Positions 10,642 through 19,621 of a DNA stretch of 48,666 nucleotides are shown piece by piece; the stretch's first letter is position 1, and each line of letters starts with the position of its first letter. The notes under the pieces were generated by a model. The model ran no database searches and had not been told where the DNA came from. It saw only the letters and a list, made by a program, of their open reading frames with translations. A program made the position numbers and the translations under genes. Origin of the DNA: a bacterium (GTDB lineage Bacteria > Patescibacteriota > Minisyncoccia > Phycocordibacterales > Phycocordibacteraceae); NCBI GenBank assembly GCA_021794425.1, contig JAJYQV010000038.1:1-48666 (forward strand), written 5' to 3'.

Positions 10642-10989
10642 ATGTCACGCTCACTCAAGAAAGGACCCTTCGTGGACGCAAAGCTCCTGAAGAAGGTTAC
10701 CGACCAGAAACCAGCTACCGCCGGGGTGATTAAGACGTGGGCCCGTGCGAGCCAGATAAGCCCGGAAATGATCGGCTTTACCTTCGGCGTCCACAACGGC
10801 AAGAGCCACGTCGAGGTACTTGTCTCCGAGGAGATGGTCGGCCACCGCCTGGGCGAATTCTCGCCAACCAAGAAATTCGTTCGTCATGGCGGCAAGATGC
10901 AGAAGGAGCTTGAGCAAAAGAAGCAGCAGGCCGAGATCGCTGCCGCCAAGGCGGCAAAGGCCGCCCCCGCCCCCGCGAAGAAGAAATAA
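10642..10989 (+). CDS. rpsS: 30S ribosomal protein S19 (C-terminal Lys/Ala-rich tail)
   Basis: [12 protein letters not shown]...[10 protein letters not shown]. Confidence 0.95.
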   Translation: MSRSLKKGPFVDAKLLKKVTDQKPATAGVIKTWARASQISPEMIGFTFGVHNGKSHVEVLVSEEMVGHRLGEFSPTKKFVRHGGKMQKELEQKKQQAEIAAAKAAKAAPAPAKKK

Positions 10990-10992
10990 CCT

Positions 10993-11313
10993 ATGGCACA
11001 CGCAACCCTCAAGAGTCATAATCAGTCCCCGCGCAAGGTCCGCCTCGTCACGGACATGGTAAAGGGCAAAAAGGTCCCCGCGGCGCTCTCGGCGCTCGAG
11101 TTCTTGCCCCGCCGTGCCTCGGAACCGGTCGCCAAGGTAATCAAGAGCGCTGTTGCCTCTGCGAAAGCAGAGGGAAAGGAGCCGGATGACCTCGTCGTGC
11201 AGTCGATTATCGTCGAGAGCGCCGGTATGATGAAGAAGTATATGCCGCGCGCATTCGGCCGCGCTGCGCCGATCCGGCGCCGCAAGAGCCGCGTGATAGT
11301 GACTCTCGCATAA
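10993..11313 (+). CDS. rplV: 50S ribosomal protein L22
   Basis: SPRKVRLVTDMVKGKKV. Operon position. Confidence 0.93.
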   Translation: MAHATLKSHNQSPRKVRLVTDMVKGKKVPAALSALEFLPRRASEPVAKVIKSAVASAKAEGKEPDDLVVQSIIVESAGMMKKYMPRAFGRAAPIRRRKSRVIVTLA

Positions 11314-11320
11314 CCTTATT

Positions 11321-12025
11321 ATGACCCACACCGTACATCCTTACGCACATCGCCTCGGCGTCATCCGGGACTGGAAGAGCCGCTGGTTTGCCGGCGACGC
11401 GAAGAGCTACCGCGAAAACATCAAGGTCGACGAGATGATCCGCCGTTTCCTCACCAAGCGCCTGCGCGGCACCTACACGAGCAGCATCGAGATTGAGCGC
11501 TCGGCCGCTGAGTTGCGCGTCATCCTCGCGACGGCCCGCCCGGGTCTGGTCATCGGCCGCTCGGGCGAGAACGCAGCCAAGCTGCGCGCCGAAGTTGCCG
11601 CCGTGGTACGCGCGGTCGCGCCGGAAGATCGCCGGACGCTCAAGCTCGACATAAACGAGATCCGTCAGCCGGAGACCGACGCGGCTGTCGTGGCCTACAT
11701 GGTTGCCGAAGGCTTGGAGAAGCGTATGCCGTTCCGTCGCGTTTTGAAACAGACGATCGAGAAGGTTATCGCTGCACGCGAGGTCGAAGGCGTGCGCATC
11801 GCGGTCTCGGGTCGCCTGGGCGGTGCCGAAATGAGCCGCAAGGAGGAGCTCAAGAAGGGCCGCATCCCGCTCCAAACCTTCCGTGCAGATATCGATTTTG
11901 CTCACGAGCAGGCGCACCTGCCCTATGGCGTCATCGGTATCAAGGTGTGGATCTTCCGCGGCAACATCTACCAGGATAAGAAGACATCCGTGCGCATGCC
12001 GGACGCCGCTCCCTTGCGCGGCTAA
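11321..12025 (+). CDS. rpsC: 30S ribosomal protein S3
   Basis: VHPYAHRLGVIRDWKSRWF and KH-domain GLVIGRSGENA. Confidence 0.95.
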   Translation: MTHTVHPYAHRLGVIRDWKSRWFAGDAKSYRENIKVDEMIRRFLTKRLRGTYTSSIEIERSAAELRVILATARPGLVIGRSGENAAKLRAEVAAVVRAVAPEDRRTLKLDINEIRQPETDAAVVAYMVAEGLEKRMPFRRVLKQTIEKVIAAREVEGVRIAVSGRLGGAEMSRKEELKKGRIPLQTFRADIDFAHEQAHLPYGVIGIKVWIFRGNIYQDKKTSVRMPDAAPLRG

Positions 12026-12034
12026 TCATTGAAT

Positions 12035-12457
12035 ATGTTGTTTCCTAAAAAAGTAAAACACCGCAAGTGGCAGACGCAGCGCTTGAGCGAGAAGCGTCTC
12101 AGTCGTCCGGATACGCGCGGCGTCGATGTCGTGTTCGGCTCCTTCGGGCTGAAGGCGCTCACGCCCTCGCGCGTGACGAGCAATCAGATCGAATCGGCCC
12201 GCAAAGTGCTCACCCGCGCTACGGCGAAGACGGGAAAGCTCTGGATCCGCATCTTCCCTGACCGTCCGGTGACGGCAAAGCCTGCAGAGGTGGGCATGGG
12301 TAAGGGCAAGGGCGATCCGAAGCATTATGTTTTCCAGGTGCGCCCGGGCCGCGTGCTCTTCGAGATGGACGGCGTGCCGGAGAACATCGCGCGGGCCCAT
12401 CTACGCCAAGCGGGTATGAAGCTGCCGATTAAGACGGCCATCGTCACGCGCCAATAA
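12035..12457 (+). CDS. rplP: 50S ribosomal protein L16
   Basis: MLFPKKVKHRKWQ. ATG 12035 is preferred over TTG 12029. Confidence 0.94.
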   Translation: MLFPKKVKHRKWQTQRLSEKRLSRPDTRGVDVVFGSFGLKALTPSRVTSNQIESARKVLTRATAKTGKLWIRIFPDRPVTAKPAEVGMGKGKGDPKHYVFQVRPGRVLFEMDGVPENIARAHLRQAGMKLPIKTAIVTRQ

Positions 12458-12476
12458 TTGCTTTTTTTACGATACT

Positions 12477-12692
12477 ATGACAAAAAAAGAAGCAATGACC
12501 ACGAAGACCGACCAAGAGCTCTTGAAGCTCCTCGCTCTCACACGCGCAGAGCTCCGAACGGAGCGCTTCGCGGCGGCCGGCGCGCGCGCTAAGGACTCTA
12601 ATTCTCCGAAGAAGCTGCGCGCCACGGTCGCGCGCGTACTCACCGAACAACACGCTCGTTCGGCAAACTCACGGCAAGTCGCTACCGCATAA
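12477..12692 (+). CDS. rpmC: 50S ribosomal protein L29
   Basis: 71 aa, ELLKLLALTRAELRTERF. Lies between rplP and rpsQ. Confidence 0.88.
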   Translation: MTKKEAMTTKTDQELLKLLALTRAELRTERFAAAGARAKDSNSPKKLRATVARVLTEQHARSANSRQVATA

Positions 12693-12694
12693 GT

Positions 12695-12970
12695 ATGGAA
12701 ACAAAAACCTCTCGTCCCCAATCATTTGTCGGTGTCGTTGTGAAGACGGCCATGACCGACACGGCTACCGTCAAGGTCGACCGTTACGTGAAGAATGCGA
12801 AATATCAGAAGTATTTCGTCCGCTCAAAGAAGTTCCTCGCACACAATCCGGGCAACGTCGCGCAGGTGGGCGATACGGTTACGATCGTCGCGACCCGCCC
12901 GATTTCAAAGATGAAGAGTTTCATCATCGACGCGGCCAAGACCGTTTCGGCGGAGAAATCGAACGACTAA
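12695..12970 (+). CDS. rpsQ: 30S ribosomal protein S17
   Basis: FVGVVVKTAMTDTATVKVDRYVKNAKYQKY. Confidence 0.93.
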   Translation: METKTSRPQSFVGVVVKTAMTDTATVKVDRYVKNAKYQKYFVRSKKFLAHNPGNVAQVGDTVTIVATRPISKMKSFIIDAAKTVSAEKSND

Positions 12971-12972
12971 AT

Positions 12973-13350
12973 ATGTTGCAGCCCCAATCCATCGTCAAAG
13001 TGGCAGACAACTCCGGCGGCAAGGTCGCCCGGGTCTTCAAGGTGCTCGGCGGCAGTAAGCGCCGCTATGCCGAGATTGGCGACACGGTCGTCGTCTCTAT
13101 CCAGACGGCCGAGCCGCGCAAGGCGGTGAAGAAAAAGGACATCTACCGCGCGATTGTCGTGCGCCAGACTAAGCCCTTTGGCCGCAAGGACGGATCGTAC
13201 GTGCGGTTCGATGAGAATGCGGTCGTGCTCATCGAGAAGCAGGGCAAGGAGATGGGTCCAAAAGGGAACCGCATCTTTGGTCCGGTGCCGCGCGAGCTCT
13301 CTGAGCTAGGCTGGCACGCCATCGTCTCGCTCGCGCCTGAAGTCGTCTAA
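12973..13350 (+). CDS. rplN: 50S ribosomal protein L14
   Basis: MLQPQSIVKVADNSGGK. Confidence 0.96.
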   Translation: MLQPQSIVKVADNSGGKVARVFKVLGGSKRRYAEIGDTVVVSIQTAEPRKAVKKKDIYRAIVVRQTKPFGRKDGSYVRFDENAVVLIEKQGKEMGPKGNRIFGPVPRELSELGWHAIVSLAPEVV

Positions 13351-13359
13351 TCATTCCAT

Positions 13360-13578
13360 ATGCACGTCAAAAAAGGAGACAAAGTGAAAATCATAGCGGG
13401 AAAAGACAAGGGGAAGACCGGCGTCATTGAGCGCGCCCTTCCGCGAGAAGACAAGGTCGTCGTTGCCGGCGTTGCGATCGCCAAGCGCCATGTAAAGGGT
13501 CGCGTCGGAGAAGTCGGCCATATCGCCGAGCGTCCGCGGCCGATTCACGTATCGAATGTGCAGCGTATCGAAAAATAA
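13360..13578 (+). CDS. rplX: 50S ribosomal protein L24 (short, 72 aa)
   Basis: [21 protein letters not shown] (KOW motif). Confidence 0.9.
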   Translation: MHVKKGDKVKIIAGKDKGKTGVIERALPREDKVVVAGVAIAKRHVKGRVGEVGHIAERPRPIHVSNVQRIEK

Positions 13579-13579
13579 T

Positions 13580-14131
13580 ATGTCTATCACGAAACAAAAA
13601 CAGCAGTCGGCCTACCTTGCGCTCAAGGAGACGTTCGGGTACACGAGCCCGATGCAGGGTCCGCGCATACAGAAAGTCATCGTGTCGACGGGCGTCGGCA
13701 AGAAGCGCGACAAGAAAGTCATCGAGCTCATCAGCGACCGTCTCGCGAAGATTACGGGACAGAAGCCGAGTCCGCGCCCGGCGCGCCAGTCCATCGCCTC
13801 CTTTAAGGTGCGCGAGGGCGACATTGTCGGCCTACAGGTCACGCTCCGCGGCGCGCGCATGTATGATTTCATCGATAAGGTCATCCACATCGCGCTCCCG
13901 CGCACGCGCGACTTCCGCGGGCTCAAAGCCTCGGCAATCGACGATATGGGCAATTTTACGCTCGGCATCAAGGAGAACTCGATTTTCCCGGAAACGAGCG
14001 ATGAGGACCTCAAGGATGTTTTCGGTCTTGCCGTTACCGTCGTTACCTCGGCCGCGTCGAAGGCCGAAGCGGAAGCGTTCCTGCGCCACCTCGGGTTCCC
14101 GCTCATCGTTGACTCGAAGGTGTCCAAGTGA
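13580..14131 (+). CDS. rplE: 50S ribosomal protein L5
   Basis: [13 protein letters not shown]...FRGL...[12 protein letters not shown] 13580 follows the rplX stop directly. Confidence 0.94.
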   Translation: MSITKQKQQSAYLALKETFGYTSPMQGPRIQKVIVSTGVGKKRDKKVIELISDRLAKITGQKPSPRPARQSIASFKVREGDIVGLQVTLRGARMYDFIDKVIHIALPRTRDFRGLKASAIDDMGNFTLGIKENSIFPETSDEDLKDVFGLAVTVVTSAASKAEAEAFLRHLGFPLIVDSKVSK

Positions 14132-14243
14132 TACCTTACGTATACGCTCTTCGGGGCTTTATTTTTTACTTCCAAGTGAGCGAGTGAAAAGAGAAAGTCT
14201 CACTTCTCTTTTCCGAGCGAATGCAGGAAGAAAACCCTTATTT

Positions 14244-14513
14244 ATGGCAAAGAAATCCCAACTCGCACGATACGCCAAGAAGGCAAAACTCGTCACGAAG
14301 TACGCGGCAAAGCGTGCGGCTCTTAAGGCTGCGGGGGATTCTGTGGGGCTTCAGGCGCTCCCGAGGAATTCTGCGCCGACGCGGCTCAAGAACCGGTGCG
14401 CGATCACCGGCCGCTCGCGCGGCTACATGCGCGCGTTCGGGCTCTCCCGCATCCAGTTCCGCGAGCTGGCGCTTGAAGGGAAGATCCCTGGCGTTAAGAA
14501 AGCCTCCTGGTAA
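14244..14513 (+). CDS. rpsN: 30S ribosomal protein S14 (89 aa, single-Cys long form)
   Basis: [12 protein letters not shown]...[39 protein letters not shown]. These are the last 89 codons of ORF 13617-14513. Confidence 0.92.
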   Translation: MAKKSQLARYAKKAKLVTKYAAKRAALKAAGDSVGLQALPRNSAPTRLKNRCAITGRSRGYMRAFGLSRIQFRELALEGKIPGVKKASW

Positions 14514-14518
14514 AAGCT

Positions 14519-14923
14519 ATGATCACTGACCGCACCGGCGATTTCATCATCCGTCTGCAAAATGCCGCTCGCGTCGGCAAGCCGGCGGTGTCGATGCCGT
14601 ACTCCTCGCATATCCTCGCCATCGCGAAGAAGCTCAAGGAGCTTGGGTTTGTTACGGCCGTCTCTGTTGAGGCGGTGGGTGACAGTGAGGTCAAGAAAGA
14701 TATTACGGTGACCCTCGCGTATGATGAGCGCGGGCACCCGCGCCTGCGCGGCGTGAAGCGCATAAGCAAGCCCGGACGTCGCCTCTACGTGCCGCACACG
14801 GCTGCTCATTCGGTGAAGGGCGGCACGGGCATCCGCGTCATCTCGTCATCTTCGGGCATCATCACTGACCGGGAAGCACGCAAGAGCCGCATCGGCGGAG
14901 AGAATCTGTTTGAAATCTGGTAA
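14519..14923 (+). CDS. rpsH: 30S ribosomal protein S8
   Basis: MITDRTGDFIIRLQNA...GGENLFEIW. Confidence 0.95.
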   Translation: MITDRTGDFIIRLQNAARVGKPAVSMPYSSHILAIAKKLKELGFVTAVSVEAVGDSEVKKDITVTLAYDERGHPRLRGVKRISKPGRRLYVPHTAAHSVKGGTGIRVISSSSGIITDREARKSRIGGENLFEIW

Positions 14924-14927
14924 TATC

Positions 14928-15458
14928 ATGAGCCGTCTTGCAAAAAAACCGACAGCAACAGGAAAGGCCGACGTATCGGTCGCCGGGGGCGTGCTGACCG
15001 TCAAGGGCGCGAAAGGCACTCTCGTCAAGCGCGTGCACCCGTCGGTCAGCATCGCGGTCGAGGGGGGGAGCGTCTTGATCGCGCCGAAAGACCGCTCTCG
15101 TCTTGCCAAGGCGCTCACGGGCACGTTCGCTTCGCACGTGAAGAACATGGTGCATGGTGTCGAGACGCCGTTTCAGAAGAAGCTCATCCTTGAGGGGGTC
15201 GGCTACCGCGTCGAGATCAAGGGGAAGGAGGTCGTGCTCGCGGTCGGATTCTCGCACACGGTCTCGCTCGCGATTCCGGACGATATCACTGCGTCGGTCG
15301 AGAAGAACGTCATCAAGCTTGAGAGTATCAATAAAGAATCGCTCGGACAGTTCGCCGCGAATATTCGCCGCGTGAAGCCGCCGGAGCCGTACCTCGGCAA
15401 GGGCATCCGGTACGAGGGCGAGATCATCCGCCGCAAGCAGGGCAAGAAAGCCGTTTAA
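14928..15458 (+). CDS. rplF: 50S ribosomal protein L6
   Basis: MSRLAKKP...EGVGYRVEIKG...PEPYLGKGIRY. Confidence 0.95.
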   Translation: MSRLAKKPTATGKADVSVAGGVLTVKGAKGTLVKRVHPSVSIAVEGGSVLIAPKDRSRLAKALTGTFASHVKNMVHGVETPFQKKLILEGVGYRVEIKGKEVVLAVGFSHTVSLAIPDDITASVEKNVIKLESINKESLGQFAANIRRVKPPEPYLGKGIRYEGEIIRRKQGKKAV

Positions 15459-15464
15459 CCATCT

Positions 15465-15815
15465 ATGCAACACGTACCAACAACGAAATCCGAACTCCGC
15501 AAGCGCCGCCACGCGCGTGTCCGCGCCGTGGTCAAAGGGACGACAACGCGCCCGCGCCTTGCCGTGTACCGCAGCAACCGTTTCGTTTCCGCGCAGCTGA
15601 TTGACGATACGCTCGGGAAGACCATCGCGTCGGCACACGGCCGCGAGTTCAAGGGGCCGCAGTCGGCGCAGGCGCAGGAGGTCGGGAGAGCAGTGGCGGA
15701 GAAGGCAAAGACTCTCGGCATTAGCTCGGTCGTCTTCGACCGTGCCGGCTACCGTTATGGCGGCCAGGTGAAGACGCTCGCCGAGGCGGCGCGAGAGGCC
15801 GGCCTTACCTTTTAA
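15465..15815 (+). CDS. rplR: 50S ribosomal protein L18
   Basis: RKRRHARVRAVVKGTTTRPRLAVYRSNRFVSAQLIDD. Confidence 0.93.
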   Translation: MQHVPTTKSELRKRRHARVRAVVKGTTTRPRLAVYRSNRFVSAQLIDDTLGKTIASAHGREFKGPQSAQAQEVGRAVAEKAKTLGISSVVFDRAGYRYGGQVKTLAEAAREAGLTF

Positions 15816-15820
15816 TACTC

Positions 15821-16432
15821 ATGACTACTACCACAATGGAAAAAGAGACGGAAGCTGCCGAGACGCCGGTGCCGGAAACGTATGCGGCGGCTGAGGTGAC
15901 TGCCACTGCGCCAGTAACGAGCGCGCTGCGCCCGCGCAGCGCGCTGCGCGGGCGCAGCGCGCGCAGCGGCGGCCGGAACATGCGCACCCCGCGCGAGCGC
16001 GGTGAGTTCGATCAGGTGACCATCGACGCGCGACGCGTGGCACGCGTGATGGCCGGCGGACGCCGCTTCAACTTCAGTCTCGTTGTTGTCATCGGCGACC
16101 GGAAGGGCCGTGTCGGCGTCGGTCTCGGGAAGGGCGTCGATACCGCCCTTGCTATCGACAAGGCGACGCGCGACGCGAAGAAACATCTTTTCACCGTCCA
16201 CCGCACGGCGTCAGGGTCGATTCCACACGATGTCGCGGCGAAATACGCGTCTTCGACGGTCGAGATAATCCCATCAGAAGGGCGCGGGCTCGTCGCGGGT
16301 TCTGCCGTGCGCACCGTGCTCGACCTCGCGGGCGTGACCGATGTCGTGACGAAGATCCACACGCGTTCGAAGAACAAGCTTACAATCGCGCGCGCGACCG
16401 TCGAAGCGCTCAGGAAACTGCGCGCAAAATAG
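15821..16432 (+). CDS. rpsE: 30S ribosomal protein S5 with a roughly 60-aa N-terminal extension
   Basis: VARVMAGGRRFNFSLVVVIGDRKGRVGVGLGKG. Confidence 0.93.
   Translation: MTTTTMEKETEAAETPVPETYAAAEVTATAPVTSALRPRSALRGRSARSGGRNMRTPRERGEFDQVTIDARRVARVMAGGRRFNFSLVVVIGDRKGRVGVGLGKGVDTALAIDKATRDAKKHLFTVHRTASGSIPHDVAAKYASSTVEIIPSEGRGLVAGSAVRTVLDLAGVTDVVTKIHTRSKNKLTIARATVEALRKLRAK
15920..15967 (+). repeat. In-frame 18-nt tandem repeat (2.6 copies) forming two overlapping GC-rich hairpins inside the rpsE extension
   Basis: agcgcgctgcgcCCgcgc / agcgcgctgcgcGGgcgc / agcgcgcgcagc, encoding SALRPR-SALRGR-SARS. Stems gcgctgcgc / gcgcagcgc at 15923-15943 and 15941-15961. Confidence 0.8.
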
Positions 16433-16442
16433 CCTTTCCACT

Positions 16443-16895
16443 ATGCAACTGAACACCATTTCTCCCCGCACGAAAACCACGAAGCCGGCCGCGGTCGGCC
16501 GTGGTGGCAAGCGCGGCAAGACCAGCGGCCGTGGCGGCAAGGGCCAAACGGCGCGCGCTGGGCACAAGATCCGACCGGAAGTGCGCGATCTCATCAAGAA
16601 GCTCCCGAAGCGTCGCGGCCATGGTAAGAATCGCGCTCGCACCGTCCGCACCAACCGCATCGCCGTCTCAGCGGTGAATCTTGCTGCGCTCGAAGCAGCC
16701 TACCAAGCTGGCGAGACCGTCTCCCCGGCATCGCTTGTCGCGAAAGGCATCGTACGTCGGGCGAAGGGCCGCGCGCCCTCCGTGAAGATTCTCGGCACTG
16801 GAACGCTCACCAAGGCGCTCATCATCAAGGGTTGCGCGCTCTCTGATGCTGCGCGCGCTGCTCTCCTCGCAAAGGGCGGCTCGAGCCATGATTAA
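16443..16895 (+). CDS. rplO: 50S ribosomal protein L15 (follows rpsE directly, with no rpmD)
   Basis: GRGGKRGKTSGRGGKGQTARAG. Confidence 0.92.
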   Translation: MQLNTISPRTKTTKPAAVGRGGKRGKTSGRGGKGQTARAGHKIRPEVRDLIKKLPKRRGHGKNRARTVRTNRIAVSAVNLAALEAAYQAGETVSPASLVAKGIVRRAKGRAPSVKILGTGTLTKALIIKGCALSDAARAALLAKGGSSHD

Positions 16896-18162
16896 CGCCT
16901 TCATCCACAAGATAAAGCTCGCTTTCGGCGATTCTGAAATACGTACTCGCGTCTATTTCCTCATCGGCGCGCTTGCCCTCTTCCGTTTCCTTGCCGCAAT
17001 CCCAATTCCGGGCGTCGATAAGGGCGCGCTCGCATCCTTTTTCGCGAACAACCAGTTCTTCGGCCTTTTGAATATTTTCTCGGGTGGCGGGCTCTCGCAG
17101 CTTTCGATCGTCATGCTCGGGGTTGGCCCGTACATCACCGCATCGATCGTCATGCAGCTCGCCACCATTGTCTTCCCGCAAGTGAAGCAGGCGTATTTTG
17201 AAGAAGGCGAAACTGGCCGCGCGAAATTCATCGAATGGAGCCGTCTCTTCACGATTCCGATTGCCGTCCTGCAGGGCATCGGTTTTCTCTTCCTACTCCA
17301 GAGCCAAAACGTCATCGGGCACCTGACCCCGGTCGCGTTCGTCGCCAACATCGTGCTTATCACCGCAGGGTCGATGCTCCTTATGTGGCTCGGCGAGCTC
17401 GTGACGGAGTTCGGCATCGGGAACGGCGTTTCGCTCATCATCCTTGCCGGCATCCTCGCGCGCGTGCCGTCGGGCATCTCACAGACCATCTTTGCCGCAT
17501 CGGCCGCCGACATTCCGGCGTATCTCGCCTTCCTGTTCCTCGCCGCGGTGATGACGTACGCCGTCGTCGTGGTCTCTGATGCCGAGCGTTCGATTCCAAT
17601 CGCGTATGCGCGCGCGCTGCGTGGCACGGCGCTCGCGCAAGGCGCGGCGACCTATCTTCCCATCCGGCTCTTGCAGGCAGGCGTGATTCCGATTATCTTC
17701 GCCCTCTCGCTCCTCCTCGTTCCGCAGATGGCGCTCTCAATGCTCTCGGCCGTGCATGTGAACTTCGCCTCGGGCGCGGCCCTATGGTACACGGCCTTCC
17801 TTTCCAACCCCTGGAAGTATGGCTCGGTATACTTCATCCTCGTCGTGCTCTTCACTTATTTCTACACGGCAGTCACCTTCGAGCCAAAGCGTGTAGCCGA
17901 GGACCTGCAAAAGACCGGCGCTTTCGTTCCGGGCGTGCGCCCCGGTCGTGAGACGAAAGAATACATCAGCAAGGTCGTGAACCGCGTCACGCTTCCGGGG
18001 GCCTGTTTCCTGGGCCTGCTCGCCGTCGCGCCGTCGATCATTCAGGGGCTTACGGGCGTCACGACGCTCGTTCTTGGCGGCACGGCGCTCCTCATCGCAG
18101 TGCAGGTCATCCTCGACCTAACGCAGAAGATCGACGCGCAAGTGTCGCTGCGAGAATACTAA
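16888..18162 (+). CDS. secY: Preprotein translocase subunit SecY
   Basis: Multi-TM protein. GLLNIFSGGGLSQLSIVMLGVGPYITASIVMQL. ATG 16888 overlaps the rplO stop by 8 nt. Confidence 0.95.
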   Translation: MINAFIHKIKLAFGDSEIRTRVYFLIGALALFRFLAAIPIPGVDKGALASFFANNQFFGLLNIFSGGGLSQLSIVMLGVGPYITASIVMQLATIVFPQVKQAYFEEGETGRAKFIEWSRLFTIPIAVLQGIGFLFLLQSQNVIGHLTPVAFVANIVLITAGSMLLMWLGELVTEFGIGNGVSLIILAGILARVPSGISQTIFAASAADIPAYLAFLFLAAVMTYAVVVVSDAERSIPIAYARALRGTALAQGAATYLPIRLLQAGVIPIIFALSLLLVPQMALSMLSAVHVNFASGAALWYTAFLSNPWKYGSVYFILVVLFTYFYTAVTFEPKRVAEDLQKTGAFVPGVRPGRETKEYISKVVNRVTLPGACFLGLLAVAPSIIQGLTGVTTLVLGGTALLIAVQVILDLTQKIDAQVSLREY

Positions 18163-18238
18163 TTGCCCCTCAGGGGAGCTGCGCGCGCCGACGAAGCTGG
18201 CACGCGATTTTCTGCCTCTTACTCTCCCGCGCTCAAGA

Positions 18239-18247
18239 TGATAGAGT
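18239..18247 (+). promoter_or_regulatory. Extended -10 (TGaTAGAGT) 6 nt before the adk ATG, predicting a leaderless adk transcript
   Basis: tgatagagt ggagcg ATG(18254). Confidence 0.4.
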
Positions 18248-18253
18248 GGAGCG

Positions 18254-18817
18254 ATGGGATCACGAACGGTATTTTTTATAGGCAAGCCCGGGTGCGGGAA
18301 AGGCACCCAGGTGAAGCTCTTGGCAGAGAAGACCGGCTGGAAGGTCGTCTCGGCAGGCGAGCAGTTCAGAACGATCGCGACCGAGGATACGCCGGTGGGA
18401 CGGAAGGTGAAGTCAGAAATGGAGGCCGGCGCACTCGCGCCGCACTGGTTTGCAATGTACCTTTACCTGAAGTCGCTCTTCGCGAGCGATGAGCGAGAGA
18501 ATCTCATTTTCGACGGCTTCAACCGCAAACTTCCCGAGGCTGAGCTCGTCATTGACTCGCTTCGGTGGCTCGGGCGGTCGTTCACTATCGTGAATTTGCA
18601 GGTATCAGACAATGAGGTACGCCGCCGCCTCGCCGGACGCAAGGTCATCGAGGGCCGCGCCGACGATAATGCGGTCGAGGAACGTCTGAAGGAATATTAT
18701 GAGCACACGGATCCTGCGGTCGAGGTGTTTCGCGACGCGGGCGTGCTTATCGAGATAAACGGCGAACAAGAGGTGGGGCAGATCGCCGCCGACATTAACG
18801 TCGCACTCGGGCTTTAA
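18254..18817 (+). CDS. adk: Adenylate kinase
   Basis: P-loop FFIGKPGCGKGTQ. Position after secY. Confidence 0.9.
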   Translation: MGSRTVFFIGKPGCGKGTQVKLLAEKTGWKVVSAGEQFRTIATEDTPVGRKVKSEMEAGALAPHWFAMYLYLKSLFASDERENLIFDGFNRKLPEAELVIDSLRWLGRSFTIVNLQVSDNEVRRRLAGRKVIEGRADDNAVEERLKEYYEHTDPAVEVFRDAGVLIEINGEQEVGQIAADINVALGL

Positions 18818-18821
18818 GCGC

Positions 18822-19586
18822 ATGACGATCAAGAACGACACGGAGCGGGCGAACCTTATCGAAGGCGGCAAGCGGCTCGCTGCGGTGCTTGAAACGCTTC
18901 GGGTGAAGGTCGCGCCTGGGGTGACCGCCGAAGCGCTCGACGACCTCGCCGAGCAGCTCATACGCGACGGCGGCGACACGCCCGCGTTCCTCGGCTACAC
19001 GCCCGAAGGCGCGCGCCGCGCGTATCCGGCGACCCTCTGCGTCTCAATTAATGATGAGGTCGTGCACGGCATCCCGAACGAGTCGGTAAAAGTTCTGAAA
19101 GAGGGCGACATCGTCGGGCTCGACCTCGGCCTCACGCATGGCGGCATCATCGTCGATGCAGCCGTCACCGTGCCGGTAGGGGAGATAGACGGGAAGACCA
19201 AGCAGCTTCTCGCCGCCACCCGCGACGCGCTCGTTGCCGGCATCGCGGCCGCCAAGCCCGGCAACCACGTGGGCGACATCGGCCACGCTATTGAGAAGGT
19301 AATCAAGGACGCGGGCTTCACCGTGGTGAAGGATCTCGGCGGCCACGGCGTGGGCGAGCTCGTGCACGAGGAGCCGTTCATCGCGAACTACGGCCGGCCC
19401 GGCGAGGGAGAGCTCCTCGAAGAAGGCATGGTGCTCGCGCTCGAGCCGATTTCCTCTGCGGGCAAAGCGGCCGTCGTCCTCGCACCGGATGGCTACACGT
19501 TCCGCACCAAGGACGGCGCGCGCTCAGCCCACTTCGAGCACACCATCTTGCTCGAGAAAGACGGCGCGCGTATAGTGACGGCATAG
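18822..19586 (+). CDS. map: Methionine aminopeptidase, type I
   Basis: VVHGIP, DIVGLDLG, GHGVGELVHEEP, EHTILL metal-ligand motifs. Confidence 0.95.
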   Translation: MTIKNDTERANLIEGGKRLAAVLETLRVKVAPGVTAEALDDLAEQLIRDGGDTPAFLGYTPEGARRAYPATLCVSINDEVVHGIPNESVKVLKEGDIVGLDLGLTHGGIIVDAAVTVPVGEIDGKTKQLLAATRDALVAGIAAAKPGNHVGDIGHAIEKVIKDAGFTVVKDLGGHGVGELVHEEPFIANYGRPGEGELLEEGMVLALEPISSAGKAAVVLAPDGYTFRTKDGARSAHFEHTILLEKDGARIVTA

Positions 19587-19621
19587 CCCTCGGGCCCTTT
19601 ATTTTTACTTTTATTTTCACC

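Noticed and set aside
13617-14243. N-terminal 209 codons of the 298-aa ORF 13617-14513
   Set aside because: This part overlaps rplE out of frame and is Arg/Ser-rich. Only the last 89 codons, from ATG 14244, are S14.
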